A DNA stretch of 49,370 nucleotides from Chiloscyllium plagiosum. Its lineage: Eukaryota. The notes beneath the pieces are model-generated. The model did not search any database. It was not told the origin of the DNA and was given only the letters and a program-made list of their open reading frames with translations. Positions 13,915-26,958 of this stretch are shown here, one piece after another. Made by a program: the position numbers and the translations under genes. The number at the start of each line of letters is the position of its first letter. Within the stretch, counting starts at the first letter, position 1. The stretch covers positions 5,651,258-5,700,627 of the forward strand of contig NC_057719.1 of the NCBI RefSeq assembly GCF_004010195.1, given 5' to 3'.

Positions 13915-14440
13915 ATAGTGGCCATAATGCCACTGGTCTAGTAATCCACAGATACAGGCTGTACTCTGATAACATGGGTTCAAATTCCATTGTGACAGCT
14001 GGTGAAATGTGAATTCAATAAATAGGAAATCTGGACTTGAAAGCTAGCCTCAGTGATGGTGACCATGAATTAGCATTTGGTTCACTTACAGTTCTTTGTG
14101 GTTTGATTTTTTTTCTTCTTGTTACAAGATGTGAATACAGGGGTGAGCACTTTGTTGCCCATCTCTAACTGTCCTTCAACTGAGGACCTTACTATGCTAT
14201 TTCCAAGGGCAGCTAAGAACCGGCTGTGTCAGTCTTGAGTCACATATAGACCAGACCAAGTAGGGATGACAGGTTTTCTTCCCTAACAGAAATGAGTGAA
14301 CTTAATCAGTTTTTACAACCCTCAGTGATATTTTCATGGCCACCGTTACTGAGGCTGGCTTTATTGACCAGCTGTCATGGTGGGAGCAATGGCCTTGGCC
14401 TTTGGATTACTCGCTCAGTGATGTTGTTGTATTGCCACTA
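13915..14440. mobile_element. Two oppositely oriented copies of the second SINE family (13915-14095 +, 14125-14440 -)
   Basis: The + copy has the head taatgccactggtctagtaatccaca..GGTTCAAATTCC. The - copy matches 5490-5830. Confidence 0.65.
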
Positions 14441-15889
14441 GTCCTTAACTGGTCTGTAATGTTGATTAGTTCCCATTTTCAGCAACTTCCCATGTTAAAA
14501 GTTTAAAAGCGTAAGTGCGGTGCAGTGGACATGTCCCTACGTCTGAGCCAGGAGGTCCAGGTTCAAATTCAACCTCCTGCTAAAGTGTGCAGTAACATAC
14601 CTGAACAGATTGATTTGAAAATATCTAAAACATAAGTGTGAAAAGGCAGGTTTAACTCACGGCAGATTCTGTCAGGTTCCCTCCTGAGGCAACATTGGCA
14701 GCAACAACAGTAATAATTTGTAGTTATACAGTGCTTTTAACACAGTAAAACTCTCAAAGGTGTTTCAGTGCCCCATCATTAGCTTTTGTTATTGATCAGT
14801 CACATTATCTGAGGCATTGAAAGTGGCAAATCTATTTTTACCCTGATTCTTTTTTAAATCTCCCTTTGCTTATTCACTTCTATTCTTGGATACTTTAGAT
14901 GAGCATTTTTAAAATTATGAGCAATGCTTTACATACATTATTTTAAATAAAGTGTTAAATTTAATTTCCCAACTGTCAGTCAAGTGCAGAACTGACCTGA
15001 ATTTTCTTGCTACAAATTGCCATTGCATAACTGTACTTCATTGCCATGAAAAGCTGCTTGCTGTATAGGGTGGTATCACACACTAATTATACACCAGAGA
15101 AATAAATTGTACCTTTGGTTCATAGTAACAAAGCATCATGTGAATTTTGGGATTTATTAATAGTCTGAAGGTCAGGGAGAATGATTTTCTTAACAGGTAA
15201 ATACATTAGCTTTGCTAATGAACTGTCACTTCCTGACTAGAATAACTATTTTTCTTTAATTGCATAGATTTATGTAGGAAACAACACAGAGGTATTGAAA
15301 GAGCTGTCTAATTGCCCTTATTATGTTAACCCACTGGAATGAGCATAGGTCATGTTGGCCACATACTCGACATTTGCACTTCATAGCATGGAACTTTAGT
15401 GCATATAGCTTGTTAAAATTGCATTGTGCATTCGTGCACACTAATTGTGGGAAGTTTTTTTGAAATCCACTTTGTCTGGTGTGGTGTAATTTCTTTACAT
15501 TTTGAATGCAGGCAGTGGAGCCCAAGGGAATGAGTTGTAAAGGCCACTCACTGTCTTGGCAGAGCTGCACCATGGCCGGGACATATACAGAGGGGATTGA
15601 ACTTACTCTATGGTATTGCATTGTATTTGCAGACAGTAATGTGACAAGACCATTAATAATAACTATTATTGTGGCAAGAGTGTTCCCAGAACAGAGTACA
15701 TTGTTGGAACTTTCCACTATATTAACATAGCTATGACATAAGGCTGACTAACAATTTTACTTTCTGACCCTTTGTCATTTACAGTAAAATTCTGCAGCTC
15801 TCTGACAATAAAATAAATTCTAGTATTTCTCTTGTTTGGGCTCATGTTGGGGATCTTTGATATAACACATGCTTTTTTTATTCTTAATT

Positions 15890-16100
15890 TTTTTACATGA
15901 TCTGGTTGTCATTGTCGTGGCCAATATTTGTTGCCCATCCCTAATTGCCCTTGAACTGAGTGGCTATTTCAGAATGCAGTTAAGAGTCACCCACATTGCT
16001 GTGGGTTCTGAGTCACATATAGGCTGGCAGATTTCCTTACTTAAAGAGCAGTAGTGAACCAGAAGGGTTTTTCTAATAATCATTGGTCACCATAACCTAA
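15890..16100 (-). mobile_element. Second SINE family, 3' part
   Basis: ttgcccatccctaattgcccttgaactgagtggc..cccacattgctgtggg..ggcagatttcc. Confidence 0.7.
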
Positions 16101-16641
16101 TTCTCGAAAGCGAATGTTGAGAATGGAGTTCTCAAGTGAGCTTCCCAGTGGATTTTGTTTGGGTGTGTGGCCTTCCGTAAAAGTATAATTAGAGCACCAA
16201 TGAGCGACAAAGTGTATGTTAAAGCATTGAGAAATGCCATGTGACAAGAGAGATAGTGCGAAATAATTGGCAATGTTCAACTGCCTTTGTTTTGGCAAAT
16301 TAAAATTATCAAGTTCACTTCTTGAGTATAAATCATATTTCTTCAACTTAATCTGATTTACATTTAGTTTTCTGAGGTGAACAGATGCTTGCCATATGAT
16401 TTTGCCGCAGAAAAAAAACTGATGTAATTGGTATTTTTAGTTTGCTGTGTCAGCTTTTAGAAAGACAAAGATTGATACTCATTTGCAGATAATAATCTAA
16501 TCTAATGAAACATTTTACAGGAACACGCTATAAAAAGGGTATCATGGTTCAGTGTTTCACAGAACATTTTGTAGCTACAAGTGATGATATTTATTAATAA
16601 CCCTGTTTCCTATTTTCCCCACCCCAACTCTTATTCTGTAG

Positions 16642-16857
<216 letters not shown>

Positions 16858-17044
16858 TGATATACCAGGGATACCTGGTGCAAGTTGCTTATTATTCCCT
16901 ACATATAAAATAGATCCTAATTAAAACATCAGCTCTTGGAAGATTACAGCACAAAATTAAATGATTAGCAATTTAGCCTATCACACTATCAATTCTAAGA
17001 TTGAATTATCTATATTCCCTTTGCTTTTCTTATCTATTAAGGAA

Positions 17045-18718
17045 CATTAAAAACATTCAGCCCATTGAGCCTGCTCTACCATTCAGTTAGACATGACTCA
17101 TAATCCAATTCAATTCCATTTTTCCACAATATCTCCATATCTCTTGATGTCATTGGGCTCCAGAAATCTGTTTTTTTATGTTGAATATGCTTAAGGATTT
17201 CCACAGCCCTTGGGGTAGAGAATTCCAAACATTCCCATCTTTCTGAGTAAGTAGGTTCCTCCATATGGCCTATTCCTTACCCTGAGATTATGATATTGGC
17301 TTGATTCACCAGCCAGGGGAAACATCTGTATTCACTTTGTCATGCCCTGTAAGAGTTTAATAAGTTTCAGAAATGTCACCCTTATTCTTCAAAAGTCTAG
17401 GGAATACAGACTCAGTTCCCTCAATCTGTCCTCTTAAAATAATCCCAACATCCTAATAATTAACTTTGGGAACCTCTGTCACACTCTCTGGCAAGTATAT
17501 TTGTCCTGAGGTAAGGGAATCAAAACAGTACACAGTAGTCCTGGTGAGATCTCACTAAGGCTGTACACAAATATTTAGGCACATGGACGTTAGTACAATG
17601 AAGGGTATGTAGGCTATTCTGATCTTAGAGCAGGATAGAAGGCCAACACAACATCGAGGGCTGAAGGGCCTGTACTGTTCTATGTTATATGACATCTTTA
17701 CTCCTGTATTCAACTCCCCTTGCAAAGAAGACCGATGTGTCACTTGCCTTCTTAATTACTTGCTGCATCTGCATGTTAACTCATGAGCCTGGTCACCCAG
17801 GTCCCTTTGGTTACCTGCATTTCCCAACCTCTTACTTTTATACCTTTCCGTCTTTTTCTACCAAAGTGAATGACTTCACATTTATTCACTTTATATTCTA
17901 TGTAGCATGTTCTAGCCCATTCACTTAGCTTGCCCAATTTCTGTTTAAGCTTTCTTGTATTTTCTTCACAATTTACTTACAACCTCCAACCAGTTTGAGT
18001 TGTCAGCAAATTTGGGAATATTACTATTGGATCCTACACCCAAATTGTTTCTATTGAATGTGAACAATTATGGATCCAGTGCTGATCCTTGCAGTATCCC
18101 ACTATTAACAGCCTACCTTGCTGAGTATGACGTTTATTTCTACTCTTTATCTATTAACTAATTCTCAATCCATACTAGTATATTTCCCCAAATCCCATGC
18201 ACTTTAAATTATTTACTAACCTCCTGTGAGGGACCTTATCAAAAGCCTTTAGAAAATTCAAATATACCACATCCACTGTCCTCTTTTATCAATGGTACAT
18301 TAACATCCTCAAAAAAATCAAGTTTGTCAAACATAATTTCTTTTTCATAAATCCATGATGATGTTTTAATTTGCCATTCTTTTCCAAATGTCCATTTGTG
18401 ACATCCTATATAATAGATTCCTGTATTTTCTCTACTATCGATGTCAAACTAAATGCCTTTAACTTTCCATTCTCCATCTTCTTCCCTTCTCAAATATTGG
18501 AGTTACTTTAGTTACTTTTCCAGAATCTATAGAATTTTGAAAGATAACCACTAATACATCCAGTATCTCCCTAGCCTCTTTGACACTCTGATGTGAAGTT
18601 AAGGGAATTTGTCAACCTTCAATCCATTAACTTCTCAAGTAAAATTCTTTTGAGTATTTCAGTTTCACCAGTTCTGTGGTTGCCTCATATTTCTGGAAGA
18701 TTTTCTGTATCTTTTTTT
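17045..18718 (-). mobile_element. Old CR1 LINE (3' part), interrupted by younger CR1s
   Basis: Reverse-complement CR1 hallmarks: ttgtcagcaaatttg (KFADN), accttatcaaaagcctt (KA.DKVP), tttgtcaaacataattt. A short + strand CR1 3' end is inserted at about 17570-17690. Confidence 0.75.
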
Positions 18719-18722
18719 AAGA

Positions 18723-21607
18723 AGTGGTTGGGGAAGTTTTAAACTAATATGCTAGGGGGCTGGGAACCGATGTAAGGAGTCAGTGAAGGGGGAAGCATGT
18801 TCAAATTTAAAAATAGAAAAGGGAATAAGAAAAGTGAAAGGCAGAGAAACCAAGGACAAAATTCCAACCGGGCTATTGAGGAAAGTATTAGAAGCAAGGC
18901 AAACAATGTTAAAAAGACAAGCTTAAAGGCTATTTGCCTTAATCCGTGGAGCATTTGCAATAAAATGGATGAACTAATCACACAGATAGTTGTAAACAGG
19001 TACGATATAATTGGGATTACGGAGACATGGCTTCAGGGTGACCAGGGATGGGAACTGAATATCCCAGGGTATTCAGTATTTTGGAACGACAGACAAAAAA
19101 GGAAAAGGTGATGGAAGGGCATTGCTAGTTGAAGTGATATTATTCACAAGGACTGACAATGTGGAGTCTATATGGGTAGAGTTGAGAAATACCAAAGGGC
19201 AAAATATGTTTGTAGGTGTCATGTATAGACCCCCAAACTGCACTGTTGATGTTGGGCATGGCATTGAACATAGAAATTAGAGATGCATACGATAAGGGAA
19301 TAACAGTGATCATGGGTGATTCTAATCTACACACAGATGGGGCAAATCAAATTAGCCACAATGCCACAGAGGAGGAATTCCTGGAGTATATATGGGATGG
19401 TTTTCTTGACCAGTATGTGGAGGAACCAAATGGAGAGCAGGCCAACTTAGACTGGGTACTGTGTATTGAAAAGGGAATCATTACCAATCCAGCTGTGCGT
19501 GACCCCTTGGGGATGAGCGACCATTACAATATTTTTTATCAAGGTGGAGAGTGAGATAGGTGAAGACTGGGGTGCTGAATCTTAATAAAGGAAACTATGA
19601 AGATGTGAGGCGTGAGCTGGCCTTGATAGATTGGGGAGAATTACTTAAAGGGATGACAGTGGGTAGACAATGGCAACATTCAAGGAATATATGCGAACAC
19701 TGAAATAACTGTTTATTCCTGTCCGGCACAAGACTATGGCTTGCAAAGGAAATTAGAGAGACGATCGATCCGAGGAAGAAGCACACAGATTGGCCAAGTA
19801 AAATAATAGGTCTGAGGATTGGGAGTAGATTCGAATTCAGCAAAGAAGGAGCGAAGGATTGAATAAGAAGGGAAAAATACAGTATGAAAGTAAACTTGCA
19901 TGGAACATAAAGACTAATACGAAGAGTTTCTTTAGGTAATTGAAGAAAAAGAGATTGATGAAGACAAATGTAAGTCCTCTACAGATATAACAGAACAAAA
20001 GAAATAGCTGAGCAACTGAATATAAACTATGGTTCTGTCTTTACAAAAGAGGACACAAATCAGAAATATTGGGAGATGCAAGATTTAGTGAGAGGAAAGA
20101 ACTGAGGGAGATCAACATTAGTAGAGAAATGGTGCTGGGAAAATTGAGGGGATTGAAGGTGGGTAAATCCCCAGTGCCTGAGAATCTACATCCCATAATA
20201 TGCAAGGAAGTGACTCCAGAAATGCAGGATGCATCGGTGGTCATCGTCCAGGATTCTATGGACTGTGGTATGGCTCCTGCAGATTGGAGGGTAGCTAATG
20301 TCACTCCAATATTCAAAAAGGGAGATAGAGAGAAACCAGGAAATTATGGACCAGTAAGTCTAATGTCAGTAGTGGAGAAAATTTTCGAATCCATTATCAA
20401 GGACTTTAGACAGGAGTGGCAAGATCAGATAGAATCAGCATGGATTTATGAAGGGGAAATCATGCTTGACAAATCTGTTGGAATTCTATTAAGATGTAAC
20501 TAGTAGAGTTGACAAGGGAGGGCCAGTTGACGTGATGTATTTGGACTTTCAGAAAGTGTTGGACACAGTCTCGCGTTAAGAGATTACTGTGCATGATTAA
20601 AGTGCATGGGATTGGAGAAGTGTATTGAGATGGATAAGAAACTGGTTGACAGAGAAGAAACAATGAATTAATGGATCCTTTTCAAATTGACAGGCAGTAA
20701 CCAGTGGGGGTGCCACAGGAATCGGTGCTAGAACCCCAGCTATTCACAATACATATTAATGATTTGAATGAGTGAACAAAATGTAACATCGTAAAGTTTG
20801 CAGATGATACCAAGTTGGGTGGGAGGGTCAACTGTGATGAGGATCTTCCAGCATGATCTGAACAGGTTGGGTGAGTGGGCAAATCAATGGCAGATACAGT
20901 ATAATTTGGATAAATGTAAGGTTATTCATTTTGGATGCAAAAACAAGAAGGCAGATTACTGCCTGAATGCCTGTGAATTGGGGAGGGGAGTGTGCAGTGG
21001 GGCCTGGGTGTCCTTGTGCATCAGTCGCTGAGGGTAAGCATGAAGGCAAATGGTATATTGGCCTTCATTGCAAGAGGTTTCGAGTACAGGAGCAAGGATG
21101 TGTTGTTGCAGTTAAACAGGGCCTTGGTGAAGCCACACCGAGAATATTGTGTGCAGTTTTGGCCTCCTTTTCTGAGGAAGGATGCTCTTGCTCTCGAGGG
21201 AGTGCAGCCAAGGTTTACCAGGCTGATTCCATGGATGGCGGGACTGATTTATGAGGAGCGATTACTAGGTTAGACTAGACAGGGTAGATGCAGGGGGAAT
21301 GTTCCATTGGTGGGTGCATCCAGAACCAGGTGCCACAGTCTGAAGATTTGAGGAGACATTTCTTCACTCAAAGAATTGTGAGCCTGTGGAATTTATTACC
21401 ACAGGAAGTAGTTGATGTCAAAGCACTGGGTATATCAAGAGAAGATTAGAGGAGCACTTGATGTGAATGGGATCAAATGTTATGGGGAGAAAGCAGGATT
21501 AGGCTATTGAGTTGGATGATCAGCTATGATTGTGATGAATGGCGGAGCAGACTCAAAGCACCAAATGGTTTCCTCCTGCTCCTATCTTCTATATTTTTAT
21601 GTTTCTA
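18723..21607 (+). mobile_element. CR1 LINE, near-complete ORF2 (APE endonuclease plus RT), frameshifted
   Basis: LKAICLNPWSICNKMDEL..YDIIGITETWL (APE); VIMGDSN; LDWVL; SDH; KSPVPENLHP; DWRVANVTPIFKKG; KFADDTKLGG; EYCVQFW; 3' UTR ending ctcctgctcctatcttctat. Confidence 0.93.
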
Positions 21608-21609
21608 AG

Positions 21610-22090
21610 ATAGGCATAAAGTGCTCCCTGTGCTCTATTATAGGTCTCTTCTCCCCACGGGTAACGGGTCAATGTTTGCCCTAATGTTTTCCTTTTAATA
21701 TACGTAAAGAAGCTTTTACAGTTTGCCTTTATGTTCCTTGCTAGTTTGTATATATGTTCTTTTTTCCCTTTTTAAACTGGTTTCTTGATTTTTCTGTGTT
21801 CTAAATTGCTCTCAATTCTTTAGCTTAACACTTTTTCTGGCATCCTTATAAGCCACTTCATGTTATCTAATGCAATGTTTGACCTTTTTCAATAACTAGG
21901 GTTGATTTTATTTTGTGTGTTCGTAATTTCAAGAAGTATGTATCTGTTCTGGACCACGTAGTATTTTTTAAAATGTAGCTATTGTCTGCCTATTGTCAAT
22001 TTTTTGTGTATTTTCCCATCCATCATGATCAACTTGCCCCCATATTTTCATACTTTATTTCTTTAGATTGAAGACCCTACTTTGATCTTA
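21610..22090 (-). mobile_element. Probable continuation of the old minus-strand CR1
   Basis: agaagcttttacagtttgcctttatgttccttgctagtttg is the reverse complement of KLARNIKANCKSF, the same CR1 segment seen on + at 19890-19930. Confidence 0.65.
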
Positions 22091-22417
22091 AGGATGGATT
22101 TTTTTTTCTTCACCTTTCTTTGTAGTAGTGTATTCTATGTCTGAGCAAATTAATAATTTGGTGAGAGAATAATGAGAAACTCCATTCGACAAAGTTGATG
22201 TTGGGGAAGCGGGGGATCATTGTATTTGGAGGAAAGCTGACTGTCTTAAATGAAAGCATTTAATATTTGCTCTGCAGCCTATTTTTAAAAGGTTGTGTTC
22301 TGCAATAAAATGTTATGGACCTAAGGACCTAAGTACATATGCAGTGACTAAGCAAAGATTTCTCCTTTCAGAGTTTAACCTCAGTGCATTTTCATTTCTG
22401 ACTGTTGTTACCTCTGA

Positions 22418-22645
<228 letters not shown>

Positions 22646-23115
22646 TGAAGTTAGATTTTAATCTGAGATTTGAATATGAAATTGTAAATTCATTTTCTAA
22701 AATATCACTGAATATTGATATTGCATCAAAGATCGGTGAGAATGTCCTCAGGTTTATTCTAGCTTCAAATAGTTAAAGCTTCATTGCAGTAAATGGAGCT
22801 TCCCTAGATGGCTTCTCATGGACAAATCACTCTGACCATACTCAAGCCTGTCGACTTTACCTTTGAGATGTGAAAGAGAGCTCATTGGGCTTCAATAAGT
22901 GGCACTCATTTTGGGAGTTGGAGAAAGAAAGTAAGAAATGTATTTCAGAGATTTTTTTAAATTTCTAATTGTTGAGTGCCAAACAGAATTCTATTTGATT
23001 CGGCAAGTTTAGGTTATTTGTTAAATATTTGTGAATTTGGGAACATTGTTGTGTTATGTCTCACAGCGATATACTTTTAAGAAATATTCTGAGGGTGTCA
23101 TGGCATATGACCTCA

Positions 23116-23350
23116 TGGTTGAGAGTGTGGTGCTGGAAAAGCACAGTAGGTCAGGCAGCATCTGAGGAGCAGGAGAATCAACATTTCGGGCAAAAGCCCT
23201 TCGTCAGGCATAAGCCCCTAATTCCTGATGAAGGGCTTATCCCCAAAACGTCGATTCTCCTGCTCCTTGGATGCTGCCTGACCTGCTGTGCTTTTCCAGC
23301 ACCACACTCTCAACTCTGATCTCCAGCATCTGCAGTCATCACTTTCTCCT
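23116..23350. mobile_element. Palindromic PLE-derived mini-element with 11-bp TSD
   Basis: 91-bp arms at 23118-23208 and 23224-23314 are reverse complements. Flanked by ATATGACCTCA at 23105-23115 and 23351-23361. Confidence 0.9.
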
Positions 23351-23620
23351 ATATGACCTCAAGGAATGAAGCTCTCAGGCTCCATCTGTCCTTTTGCAGC
23401 ATGCTTTTGCAAGCTGAGGGAAGCAAGTCCTGTGATTACAGTGAACATGCGTAAATACCAGGATACGTAATAAAAGTTCCTTCAATTCTTTAGTAATACA
23501 TAGCCCACATTTTGCCTTTGTGTTACAGGAGCTAACGTAAATATAACTGTGTGATAATGATAGATCATCAGTATATCTCACCACTATATCATGTGGTACC
23601 ATATAGTGATTTGCTTGTAA

Positions 23621-23881
<261 letters not shown>

Positions 23882-24039
23882 TAATTCCTTTAACAAACAA
23901 TAACTCTACCAAGGTTTTTGCAAAAGGGAAATACATAGACAATATTAGTAGAATGAAGGAATTGACTGCTAGTGCATAAGTTATTGCAGAAACAGATATG
24001 AAGAGGTTTTAACAGAGGGCATATGTTCTCTGACATACA

Positions 24040-24425
24040 TTCTCATCCTTGTTCATCTTCCTAATTTCCCTTGTTCCCCCCCTGCCCTATCTCTGTAACC
24101 ACACAAGAACGCTGCCTTCCTCCAATTCTTGCACATTCCCAATTTCTTTCGACTTATACACCAGCCTCCTCAATCCCAGCACAAGCTGCCCTCTATATTG
24201 GCAGTGTGCCTTCAGTTGTTGCTGCCCTAATACTGAAATTTCTTCCATAAACCTCTTGGCTTTCTTCCTCCTTTAAGATTCGCCTTAAAGACTTCACCTT
24301 TGACCACGCTTTTGGTCACTTGACCGAGTCTTTTTTATGTAGTCTGTGTCAAATTATTTTCCCCATAAAGCACCTTGTGATGTTTTACTTTATTAAAGGC
24401 ATTACACAAATGCAAGTTGTTGTTG
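24040..24425 (+). mobile_element. L2-like LINE 3' end
   Basis: ccttaaagacttcacctttgaccacgctttt..aagcaccttgtgatgttttac..aaatgcaagttgttgttg, an L2-type 3' terminus with a (TTG)n tail. Confidence 0.65.
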
Positions 24426-24493
24426 CTTTACTTGTTTTTGATGTGACTACTGCACATTCACTCTCTCTCTCAATTAATTTGATCTCTGCTTAG

Positions 24494-24733
24494 GCCTTCA
24501 ACAAATGCAAGAGGGAAGGCTTTTGCCTTCAGAATGTGGACAAGGCACCTCTGGCGAAAAGACGCAAGATGAAGAAAACCAGCACCAGTACTGAAACACG
24601 GAGCAGTTCTAGTGAAAGTTCCCACTCCTCCTCCTCTCAATCCCATGGCAAAACTACACCAACCACAAAACTACAGCCCAACAACCCAACAGACAGCAAT
24701 AATCCAGACAGTATCTTTCAATTCTCCGATTAA
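24494..24733 (+). CDS. RPS6KA5: RPS6KA5 terminal coding exon (MAPK docking/NLS, Ser-rich tail, stop)
   Basis: ttag|GCC..GAT TAA, 240 bp. AFNKCKREGFCLQNVDKAPLAKRRKMKKTSTSTETRSSSSESSHSSSSQSHGKTTPTTKLQPNNPTDSNNPDSIFQFSD*. This tail is MSK1-type rather than MSK2-type. Confidence 0.97.
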   Translation, partial: AFNKCKREGFCLQNVDKAPLAKRRKMKKTSTSTETRSSSSESSHSSSSQSHGKTTPTTKLQPNNPTDSNNPDSIFQFSD

Positions 24734-26003
24734 GCTGCTACAGTTACTCTTTCACAATTTAAAAAAAAATCTTATGCTTTTAATTGTACTTGATTCTCTG
24801 CGGAGCACAAGTTTCATTTTTTGTTATGAGTGCCCCTCCAAAATGCCTGAACTGTTTGGTGCTTTTAAATTACTGAAAAGCACACACATTTTTTAAAGAA
24901 ATTATATGTAGTTCCATACTTCCTCTGGCATCAATTGATAGCTTTTCTCTGAGAAATCCAAACTTAGTGTTCGTAAACATCACAATAAGTAAAACTCCAA
25001 TCAGGAATCCATAAAAGCTTACTACTGTACTGAGTAATTGAGTTGAATAGAAAATATGTCTTTCAGGGGACGTTAAATAAGTTCACGAGTGACAGAGGAG
25101 TAGAATGAAATGCTGATGAGTTCAAAGGGAGAAAGGTTGAAGAAAGCTCGTGTGGACCATGAACACAAACCAATTAGAATAAGTGGCGTGCTTTCCTACT
25201 GTAAATTCCACAATATGGAAAAGCGTAGAAAAAGGACAGTTTTAAAATAATTATAAATTATGCATTTCTAGGGAAAATAGAATCTCAACAGCCTGGCACT
25301 CAAAGGGCTTTTATTTATTTTTCTGTTTTTTTAAATTGTGAAAGGACGGTCGGTGTACATAAATGTTATTGGATGCACTTTTCAAAGAACATTTGCAGAT
25401 ATTTCTGTACTTCAGACCCTACAAGGTACAAAGTGTTTAATGTGTTTACCTTTTCCGAAAGACAGAATCAAAGCTAAGAAACTTACTGTACAAACAGATC
25501 TACGCTGGACATTACATATGCAAACGAAATGTGCAGACAGCTCAGATTTCTCATCTTGAATCACTTACACTATGTAGCTTTAGAACCAGTGACATTTTGC
25601 TTTTAATTCTTTCGGACTCTGACTTTGTATTCGTCCAATTGCGACTTCACTGTGGCTCAATGTGAGAATCACGCACGGCTATCTGTTCTATGTGCAGTCA
25701 TCCCTCTACCTCCAAAGCCTTTCCTTCTGTTCCCCTAAAGGCTCCAAGGTAGACGGTATGCTTTGCATCGAATGATTGATGGAGGGCATGGGAGCATGTT
25801 TACGATTAGATGCTGATTGTAAGTGCAAAATTAAGGCCTGAAAACAAAGGAAATTGGTTAGAAGTGGGGGTGAAAATCTTTTTGCCTTTCAAAATTTAAC
25901 TGTTATAGGCTCACCAGTTCTAACTTGTGCAATGTGCTTTATTTTTAAGCAAAATATGAAATAAGTGACCGATATGTGAAATCTGAGTCCTAACACATAT
26001 TAA

Positions 26004-26044
26004 AAATATATATAGATATATATATATATGTATAGATATGTATG
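26004..26044. repeat. Imperfect (TA)n microsatellite
   Basis: atatatatagatatatatatatatgtatagatatgtatg. Confidence 0.85.
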
Positions 26045-26761
26045 TTCTATTTTTAGGGGCCATCTGGGAAATTTGCTTCTATATTGAAATAATGGCTATT
26101 TAAGAGTAACGTGTGCTCCATATGCCACGTGCTTTGTTATTGATGTATTCTTTGGCATGTAGTCTGTTTAATTTTTGCATGAGTGGTAACGGTGTAGCCA
26201 AAGTGTACAAGTTTAACAAATTGTGTTGCAACCATTAATTTAACTTGTTCTGTGTCTCAGCCAACAATTTGACATTTTTGATGACTTTTATGTAATTGTT
26301 TTTCTGAGTGACAAGTAACTAGGTAGCTGAGTGGTGCAGGCTACCATCTTCAGATTAATACAATTAGTGCAAGAAATTCTGATCATGTAGCTCTGCATGA
26401 TTTTTGCTCCATATTTATGCAGTGGAGACTCCTAAAAAAAAGAAATGTGGGTTTATTTGGGTGGGTTTTTTTTCTGTGAGGTCTGCTAATAATGTTCAGG
26501 TTAGATATTAACAAATCATTGTGCTAAAGGTGATCCACAGGAATCCAAAAGAGTAGAAAGGAAGTAACTGCACTTGGCTTAGAGAGTTCCTGGAGGAAAT
26601 TGCTGCTGCTTTGTGGCAGCAAAAAGCACCTTTGTGAACATGTTAAATTTTTAAACTGCAGAAAAGCAGTGTTTCTCAGTTTGATTTTGATTTACCAATT
26701 TCAATTCTTCAGCTTTTGCACCGTGCAAACGGTATACTCAGCATAAAAGGGGAGGGGGAAT

Positions 26762-26958
26762 GCAAATTACTGCAGATACTAGAACTGTGCAATATGAACA
26801 GCACATGCTAGCAAAACTAAACGGGTCCGTCAACATCTGTGGAGAGAGAAACGTAGTGTTAACATTTTGGGCTGATTACTTTGCCACAGACCCATGTTTC
26901 TCTCTGAAACGATTCTGCCTGACCCACTATGTCTTTCTAGCATCTTCTATATTTATTA
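26762..26958. mobile_element. Old fold-back PLE terminal-repeat remnant
   Basis: atgctagcaaaac..gggtc..catctgtggagagagaaac is loosely reverse-complementary to gtttctctct..gacc..tttctagcat. It starts with the actgcagat motif seen at 2270. Confidence 0.55.

Noticed and set aside
15256..15730. 153-aa minus and 74-aa plus ORFs in an intron
   Set aside because: No recognisable domain, homology or splice support.
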